A DNA stretch of 64,000 nucleotides from Eledone cirrhosa. Its lineage: Eukaryota. Position numbers and translations under genes: made by a program. Below are positions 55,821-64,000 of this stretch, piece by piece; positions within the stretch are counted from its first letter, which is position 1; each line of letters starts with the position of its first letter. Below the pieces are notes generated by a model that had not been told where the DNA came from, searched no databases, and saw only the letters and a program-made list of their open reading frames with translations. The stretch spans positions 301,568,001 through 301,632,000 of the forward strand of contig OZ024743.1 in the NCBI GenBank assembly GCA_964016885.1, in the 5' to 3' direction.

Positions 55821-56583
55821 ATCTGTGTCTGTGTGTGTGTGTAATTGAGAAGTTTTCACTTCAACCAATAGGCCGTGCTTTTACAATTCTTCTGTAGTAG
55901 TTGTTTTGTCGTAGTTTAGATTAAGTAGAGAATAATCTAGGAACATAATATCCATAATCTACCAATTAAAAGCATATCTATTTGTATATTTAACAATACA
56001 TTGTTGAATCTCTACTTCTATGTGAGAGTCATTTTCTTATAATTTGGGTAATATGCCTGTTTCATTTAGCAAGAATAATATCGAAGAAATGAGTAGTCAT
56101 CGATACAGAAGATAACAAATCTCACCAAAATATGGAAATTAATGATGTGCATGATATCATGTCAGTTATGACTTAAAGAAAACATCATTTAATATTAGAT
56201 TTCATGTATAGAGACATCTACCCGTCCGTGCACAGAAGCATTTATATATGAAATGGAATATTTCGAGGTTTTGTACGACATCCCATACAAACGTGTTAGA
56301 GTATGTATGAAATCATTTCCCCCATCGATTTGCTTACAATTTCTGCATTCATTTTCTGTACGTTCATATGGAAAAGTACGTTTGTCTCTAACAGGAAACT
56401 ACAATGTTGAAAATGCGTTTCGTTACAACCTCAATAAACTAAACATTAAGAAATTGCATAATCTACGCGGATAAAATGTACAATGCGCAAGGAAGTATTA
56501 AATATAATAAAATACCACTATCATAACTATATACATATATACATACTTATTCCCACAGAAACAATAATTCATGCATTATCTAT

Positions 56584-56619
<36 letters not shown>

Positions 56620-57339
56620 GATAAATCTACCAAAAGTTTAGGGTAGTGTCCAATCCGTATGAAGAACTCAATGTAATCCGGATATCATGAAAAGAGAAGA
56701 TGCTTTCAAAAACTACTTTCGGTGAAAAATAAACGGAAAACAGAGTCAAGATAAATTAATAAAATAATGAATAAAAAAGAAACAGTTCCTTATATTAAAA
56801 CAAATTCATCATTTTACGATCGTTTCTAGGATATATATGTGTTAGAGTTCGTATGCATATTCTATAGATCTATGTACAATATTTATACAAACTATCAGAG
56901 GGAATATACATACCTACACATATATATGCTGTCTTCAGAAATAATGATATTTGTTTATTGAAAAAAACAAAGATTCAATACAATAGGTCTGTTTGGGAAC
57001 AGGTTTTGAATTGACCAATAGAGAGATAGTGAGGGTCAGGATAGTAATATAGTAGTAGAAGAACCTTAAATTATGGGTAGAGGAAGGTAGATTTCAGTTT
57101 TGGATGGAAAAGAATATTATGAATGAAGGATTATTTTAGGGAAGAAATAGGTCTTATGCTGACCTCAGAAATAATTTTGTTTGTTCATTGAATAAAACCA
57201 ACAAAGATCTAATATATTCTGTCTGTTTGGTAAGAGGTTTAGAATTAACCAATAGAAAGTTAATAATTGGACAAATGGTAAAATAGTAGTAATTTAAGCT
57301 TATTTTAGGGGTGAAAACCTGGCCTATTTTCACCTATTT

Positions 57340-57730
57340 TCGTGCGGCCTCCAAATCCCACAGTGGTGCCTGTCTCCATGCCTCGTCCTCTCTGTCCACT
57401 GGCACGCAGCTAGACAACCATAGGCTGCGCATCGGCGTTTCACTGAGTCTCGGCCTCCAGATTAGCCAGCCACGCCAATGTCGCTGCGGTTCCACCGTGG
57501 ACTCTTTCAGCCACCACCCGCTTTCCTGTCGCCACAGTGCCGGTGGCATTCCACGTCATGCTGCCCTTAACGAGGTCATTAAGCATGGCTTGGACGCTGC
57601 AGGCTTCTCTTCCCAGCTCGAGCCGGTGGGGCTGGATCGAGGGGCCGGTAAAAGTCCAGATGGCATGACAATCTTCCCGTTCCGCGGTGGCAAACCCCTC
57701 GTCTGGGATGCCAGTTGCACTGACAATTTG
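57340..57730 (+). mobile_element. CRE-like RLE non-LTR retrotransposon C-terminal fragment
   Basis: GC-rich island encoding CRCG...D..SHHPLSC (CCHC knuckle), RHAALNE, EP.GL, PDG...LVWDASC (PD..D nuclease). Confidence 0.78.
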
Positions 57731-57965
57731 AAATGGTATGTATGATATATTTTCAGCTCTTCGCCATATTTCTTAGAATATTTCACATCCCAATGGAATA
57801 ACTTTAAATCTTTCAATATTGATTATTCCAATGTTTTCACATTCCTGGTGTTATGTCTTGAGGGTCAGAAACCATGGTCATGTTATATGTTAAAGCCAAC
57901 TTGTGTTACCCGATCTGTCTTATATTCCAAATAAAATGAGATTTTGCCTAATTTTAATATATATT

Positions 57966-58172
<207 letters not shown>

Positions 58173-58177
58173 TTGTC

Positions 58178-58220
<43 letters not shown>

Positions 58221-59180
58221 ATTTGGTGGAGTGGAATGGCTTGTATGTATGTGTATCTATGTATGTGCATCTATATAGATAGGTATATTCTTCTATATAA
58301 ATGTATGTTGTCGGATACATGTGTATGTCAGTGACCTTCTTAGGATTTATGTTCATAAGCGCGTGAAAATACACTCAGACATGGAACATTTCAGATGGTA
58401 TACAGCTAACTTGGTAGGACTTTCAACTTTCATATATCCGTGTCGATGATAAGGAATATTTCACTTAAATACTCTTATGCAAATATATAAATTCATATGA
58501 ACTTACGTACATAATAATTTGTCTGCAAGCATGCGTGTTTTCCATGTACGGTACAAACAATTACGTGTGTGCACGCACATATAATGTGCATGTGTGTATG
58601 CTTGTAACTCAGTATATATGCAAATATATGTAACTATGCATACGCACGCACACATATATACAAACACTCAGATATACAGTACGTTTGTATGAATGCATAT
58701 GTGTATGATTTTTCTGGTTTAGTTTTCAATCTATATGGAGTGAGCTGGCTTATAACATATATATAATACTCATCCACCTGCATTTAGATATCAAATAGGT
58801 AAATATATATGTATGACTGAGCGTGCTTGGTTGTGTGCGTGATTTTGTATGTTTGTGTATGTTGGTTTGGTGTGTGTAGGTATGTATGTAATTTTATATG
58901 TAGATCTGTTCGTTTCAAATATGTGGACATATTCATGTTTATCTGTCCATACTCTGTATATATAATGATTACTTGCAGTTTTTTCTTTACATATATCTTT
59001 TTTTCCATTAATGGACTGCACTTGCAACTTCCTAAATATATTTTTTAAAAATAAAACCACCGAGTAAACATGTAGTAACTCTACTTTCTGTGAATTCCAG
59101 CTTTTCATGACACACACACACACGCACACACATACATACATACATACATACATACATACATACATACATACATACATACA

Positions 59181-59238
<58 letters not shown>

Positions 59239-59251
59239 TATAACAGATTAA

Positions 59252-59302
59252 AGTTTAAGCAAGGAATCGCTGCTTTCACCCTTAACGGGATCTTCTGAAA
59301 CT
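59252..59302 (-). ncRNA. Hammerhead-like motif with U4A core (CAGAAGA)
   Basis: Reverse complement AGTTT-CAGAAGA-TCCC-GTTAA-GGGT-GAA-AGCA-loop-TGCT-T-AAACT. Confidence 0.6.
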
Positions 59303-59382
59303 AAGAAAATCAATCTGTAAACGCAAAAATAAATATTTCGAAAAAACGTTGCAACTGAAGGAAGACATGAAGAGGATACTTT

Positions 59383-59660
59383 GGTTCGTGGAAACGCTCC
59401 CTGGCAAAGAACGGGGAAAAAACGAAGATAATACGTCATTATTAGGAGCAGAGAAAACAATTACCCGCAAAGACAAAACCACGTTTATGGTATAACTGAA
59501 GTCGTAGACTAATATTCTATTAGGTGGTTCGTGGAGACGTTACCTGGCAATGAGCGAAAAAAACGAAGATAATACCTTATTATGTGGAGCGGGAAAATAT
59601 TTACACGCAAAGTCAAAACCACGTTCATGGTATAACTGAAGTCGTAGACTAAAATTCTAT
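59383..59660. repeat. Two diverged tandem units of ~143 bp
   Basis: GGTTCGTGGA...AAAACGAAGATAATAC...CAAAACCACGTT.ATGGTATAACTGAAGTCGTAGACTAA occurs twice. Confidence 0.8.
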
Positions 59661-60512
59661 ATGCAAATGCATATGTGAAATGTATGAGTTTTTTGGATTT
59701 ATTTATTTTTTTGGTGTACTTTATATTTGTGTTCTTTTACTTTTGTTCCATGCGATGGAAATTCTAATTATGTATCCGACTAACTACTATCTTTCATACT
59801 GTAATTTACCCTCTGTTCTACTGTACGGTACTATCGTTCAGTATGTAGATAGTGTAACTGTAACTTAATACCCCTTTCAAAACTTCTTACTTAAACATCT
59901 CTCTACGTAGTAGATAGTATAGGTGAATATATTATTTACTCACTCAAATCTCTATTTTTCTTACTCACCTCAATCTAAATTCTCACTTGAACATTTTTTT
60001 AAATTTTAAATTATTAATTGGTTATTCTTAATTTCTAATTTTTAATATTTGATTTTCAAATTTTAATTTTTAGTTCTAATTTCCAATTCTCATTCATAAC
60101 TTCTACTGTGAAACCATGATACCTAGAATTAAGTATATTTTCTCTTAGAGGTTAATGGTCGATTATACTGTCCATGCTTAATGAGGGGTAGTAATGAGAC
60201 ATATTGATACTTACACGCTCCCATCCCCACTGGCTTTCGGCTGACTGCGACAGGTGGCGTAGGTAGCAGTAAGCTATGAATAAAAAGCCTGAATGGGTCA
60301 TTGTTTGGGTGAGGGGGGAACTGACCAAGCTAATTTCGTTGAAATCTGCGGTAGCTAATGGCCACCTCCATCGGACCTGCGCCTGCGCGGACCGGTGAGG
60401 GTGAATTGGTACTCACAAGGGAACGGATGAAGAACCTGAGAGCACACACTTTATCCGTTCCCATGTCGATTCAATTTGGATTGCCTCGGAAACATAACTT
60501 ATTATGTAACAA

Positions 60513-60586
60513 GCTGTCTGACGATATCGCGGCACTGGCGCACGGAACAGTGTGACCACTGTCGCCATTGAAATAAATATCACAGC
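60513..60586 (+). ncRNA. Type I hammerhead ribozyme motif (AUC site) near the end of a GC-richer repeat (~60180-60638)
   Basis: GCTGT-CTGACGA-long stem II-GAAA-TAAATA-TC-ACAGC. Confidence 0.75.
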
Positions 60587-60633
60587 ATTATTATTTAAAG
60601 ACTTTAACATCTGAAACTGCTTCTCTTTACCTT

Positions 60634-60682
<49 letters not shown>

Positions 60683-60822
60683 GAAAAGTGTAATTTTCTA
60701 CACAAAACGAAGGTTATAGAGAAAATTGAGGTTGGTAATGGCACATGGAATATATAAGAGACAGAATACTTTTTTGTGAAAAAACATAATTTTATAAGGT
60801 AAGGAAATAATAAAGGGTATAA

Positions 60823-60870
60823 AAAATGACCGGTTTCGATGGGTCTGCAAAAGCCATCTTTTCAAATGTT
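60823..60870 (-). ncRNA. Hammerhead motif with U3-A8 core (second, unrelated family)
   Basis: Reverse complement AACAT-TTGAAAA-GATGG...CCATC-GAAA-CCGG-TC-ATTTT; stem I partly degenerate. Confidence 0.6.
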
Positions 60871-60889
60871 GATTAATACGAGTGTCGAC

Positions 60890-61045
60890 AAATGCCCAAA
60901 ACTCCGAGTTGGTACCATCAATGTAGGCTCAATGAAAGGAAGAGCAGGAGAAATCGTAGAAATGCTAGAGCGAAAGGAAGTTGATGTATGCTGTGTGCAA
61001 GAGACTAGATGGAGAGGAGGGTCTGCTAGAGTCCTTGTAGGAAAA
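60890..61045 (+). mobile_element. RTE-type LINE N-terminal AP-endonuclease fragment
   Basis: LRVGTINVGSMKGRAGEIVEMLERKEVDVCCVQETRWRG; truncated by the next element. Confidence 0.8.
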
Positions 61046-61046
61046 G

Positions 61047-61883
61047 ATGGCGGAGAACCTGAAGAGCCATGGGTTTCTGAGGACCCTGGTACAGATAGAG
61101 AGAAAGAGAAAAGAAATTGAGAAGGCGTATGTCCTCATGGCTATGCTAAGCCGTGTCCTCAGGGAGGAGAAAACCGAAGGGAGGGATGAGGAGAGGGAGA
61201 GGGAGAGGGAAGAGGAGAAAGAAAGGGAAAAAGAAAGGGAAAAAGAAAGGGAGGAGAACACAAGCACGGACCTGAAAGAAAATGATATACCCTCCGCTAC
61301 AGGCAAGGAGGGCAGGCCGGGCAACCAACAAGCTAAGGGCAAAGGTGAAAAGCGAAATCACCTTCCGAAGGAGAACCAAGCGCAGAGGGACCAGTGGACA
61401 ACTGTTCAAAGAAAGAACAGAAAGCACCGAGACACTGGGAGCAAAAAACCCCAAGTAATGTGCAAGTTTTTCAAGAACGGGACATGCTGGCATGGAGAGA
61501 CAGGGATGGGATGCAGATTCGCCCACCCTAGGTCTCAAACGAACTATGCCCATCATACTCGTGCAACATGCCCCAGCCTAAGCCGAAATAAGCCGCTCCA
61601 GAAGTATGCTGATGTCGCGCGTGCTGCACCAACAAGGAGAAGGCACGCACATGCCGACGAGATACAGATGGCAGCAGCAGATCAGAAAAAATTTTTAGTG
61701 ATGGCAGAGAAGATTGTGGGACAGCTGACCTGGCTGCATCGTCTCCAGAGCCAGGGTCATCCACACCAGCACTCGAGACCACCGCAGTTAAGGGACCCAG
61801 AGTGGCCGCCGCTGACACCAGACCAGGTGTCATACCGACAGCCATTACTGGCACCCCAAAAGTCACACCAGTGCTGCTGCTGA
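61047..61883 (+). CDS. LINE ORF1 (probably 5'-truncated) with CCCH zinc finger
   Basis: CKFFKNGTCWHG....GCRFAHP after a charged low-complexity region; directly upstream of and overlapping ORF2. Confidence 0.7.
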   Translation: MAENLKSHGFLRTLVQIERKRKEIEKAYVLMAMLSRVLREEKTEGRDEEREREREEEKEREKEREKEREENTSTDLKENDIPSATGKEGRPGNQQAKGKGEKRNHLPKENQAQRDQWTTVQRKNRKHRDTGSKKPQVMCKFFKNGTCWHGETGMGCRFAHPRSQTNYAHHTRATCPSLSRNKPLQKYADVARAAPTRRRHAHADEIQMAAADQKKFLVMAEKIVGQLTWLHRLQSQGHPHQHSRPPQLRDPEWPPLTPDQVSYRQPLLAPQKSHQCCC

Positions 61884-64000
61884 ATGTCAGGGGCCTGGTG
61901 AAACTCAGCAACATGAGTAAAATTTCCTACCTGGGAGACTTAGCCATAAGCAATCAAGCACTATGCATGGAACTAACCGAAACGCACCTGACAAGCAGTA
62001 TAGCAGATGCAGAAATACATATACCGAAATATACTGTATTTCGTTCGGACAGGAAGGAGAGAACTCATGGTGGGGTTGCTCTGTATATCCGTGAAGATGT
62101 CACACCAATTGTACTGTTGACACATTCAAACTCAGTCTGTGACACACTGATAATACATATGAAGCAACTACAGACGGTAATATGTGTCACATATCGGCCG
62201 CCCGATGCCCCCAGTCATGAGGGTAAATTTGAGGATAGCCTAAGTAGGATAGAAGAGGTCCTTGACAAACTGGACCAGGGTCTCAACATCCTACTGCTGG
62301 GAGACTTCAACCTACCAAAGGTCAAATGGCCTGAGGGCCACCTCCTCCCTGGAATGACGTCAATAGAACAGAGACAGACGGAATCCCTGCTGGCCCTCAC
62401 ACACAGGCTGTTCATGGAGCAAGCAATACTCCTCCCAACAAGAGGCGAAAATGTCCTGGACCTCTGTTTTACAAACAACGAAGTGCTCATCCACAATGTA
62501 ATGGTGACACCAACAATTCTCTCGGATCATAACTTGGTAGAGCTAATGATATGTGGTCCAAGAGAACCAACAGAGACAAAACCACCAAGAAGCTCCGGGA
62601 CGCTATCCAGCCTTAACTTCTACGGGGCTGACTGGAAGAAGATTAAGAGTGAAATCCGGAAGCAAACATGGAGTGCAAACATCGCCACACAAGACACTAA
62701 CACACAATTTCAACACTTCATGACAACGATACACACCATATGCAAAAAGTGTGTCCCGGAGAAAGAGGCAAACAGACACAAAAATCTTATTCCCAGAGAT
62801 AGGAAAATCCTTATGAGACGTAGAACTAAACTCTCAAACCAGTTGAATAGTCAACAAAACCAAAACAAGAAGGAATCCTATTTGAAACGTGCACTACTTG
62901 ACACCGAGATTGCACTCAAGCTTTCACATGAGAATGAGAGGGCAAGGAAAGAGAACAGGGCCATAGAAAACATTAAAACAAACCCTAAGGCCTTCTTTAA
63001 ATTTGCAAAAGAAACTGCCTCAGTACACTGCAAGATTGGACCACTCTTCCACACGGACGGTTCATTAACTGAAAATCCCCAAGAGATATGTGAAATACTG
63101 AACGAACAGTACAATAGTGTCTTCACATGTCCACTGAGGCACATGCAAATAACGAAGCCAGAGGAGTTCTTTGATGCCACAACACTACATCAAGACATCA
63201 AGAAATGGCAACCATCAACCACATAGACATAACCTAGGAGGATGTGGTGTACGCCATTGATGAAATTAGAACAGACTCGGCTGCTGGACCTGATGGATTC
63301 CCAGCAGTTCTCCTAAAAATATGTAAGCGGGCCTTAGCAACTCCACTGAAGATGCTCTTCAGAAGCTCCTTGGCTAGCGGTGTACTACCCAGGGAGCTGA
63401 AAGAAGGCACAATATGCCCTATCCATAAAGGAGGTAGTAGAGCGGAGGCCAAGAACTATAGGCCAGTCTCCCTGACGTCGCATATCAGTAAGGTCATGGA
63501 GCGAGTCGTCAGAAAGAAACTAATCACTTTCCTCGAAGAAAATGACCGCCTGACTAGCACGCAACATGGCTTCCGCCCAGGAAGAAGCTGCCTTACACAG
63601 CTGCTACATCACTACGACTGGGTACTGAGACAACTACTAGACAGCTCACATGTAGACGTGATATATCTTGACTTTGCGAAGGCCTTTGACAAGGTCGACC
63701 ACGGAATGATATGTCACAAACTACACGGACTCGGCATAACTGGAAAAGTAGGTGAGTGGCTGCATGGCTTCTTAATGGACAGAATCCAGGCAGTCGCAGC
63801 AAATGGGGCCCTCTCGAGGGAAACACCGATAACAAGTGGGGTGCCTCAGGGGACAGTCCTGGGACCACTACTGTTTTTGGTGGCTCTCTCGGACATGCCC
63901 TCTGTGGTGCATGCAACAACATCCCTCACTAGCTATGCTGATGACACTAAGGTAGCACAGGCAATAAAAAACCCGGCTGACGCTGCCCTCTTACAGCAGG
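61802..64000 (+). pseudogene. CR1/Jockey-group LINE ORF2 (APE + RT), disrupted, runs off window end
   Basis: LLNVRGL, LTETHL, YRPP, GDFNLP, LDL, SDH. After a frameshift (~63195) and TAG (63235): AGPDG, NYRPVSL, QHGFRPGRSC, LDFAKAFDKVDH, GVPQGTVLGPLLF, YADD (63934). Confidence 0.92.

Overview
This is AT-rich eukaryotic repetitive DNA with dense (TA)n/(CA)n/(TAA)n/(GAA)n microsatellites and no host protein-coding gene that I can support. The SINE tails and overall repeat landscape resemble octopod cephalopod DNA (inference only). The protein-coding sequence is all retrotransposon-derived and mostly broken: two 5'-inverted copies of one RTE-type LINE; a head-to-tail stack of three R4/Dong-type RLE LINEs in (TAA)n tracts; several Penelope-like (GIY-YIG) remnants; RTE, Vingi/Ingi-like and CRE-like fragments; and a CR1/Jockey-group LINE with a CCCH-finger ORF1 running off the right end. 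The most striking layer is non-coding. By manual inspection there are roughly 15 unrelated families of short elements, each carrying a type I hammerhead-ribozyme fold (stem I, CUGANGA, stem II, GAAA, usually palindromic stem III, NUH, stem I'). They sit in (TA)n tracts as ~470-660 nt tandem, circularly permuted units and/or long foldback inverted repeats, consistent with Penelope-mobilised retrozyme-like elements. They include natural core variants (U3-A8, U4C, U4A) and a compensatory stem I change between tandem copies. All folds and alignments were done by eye, and boundaries are approximate.
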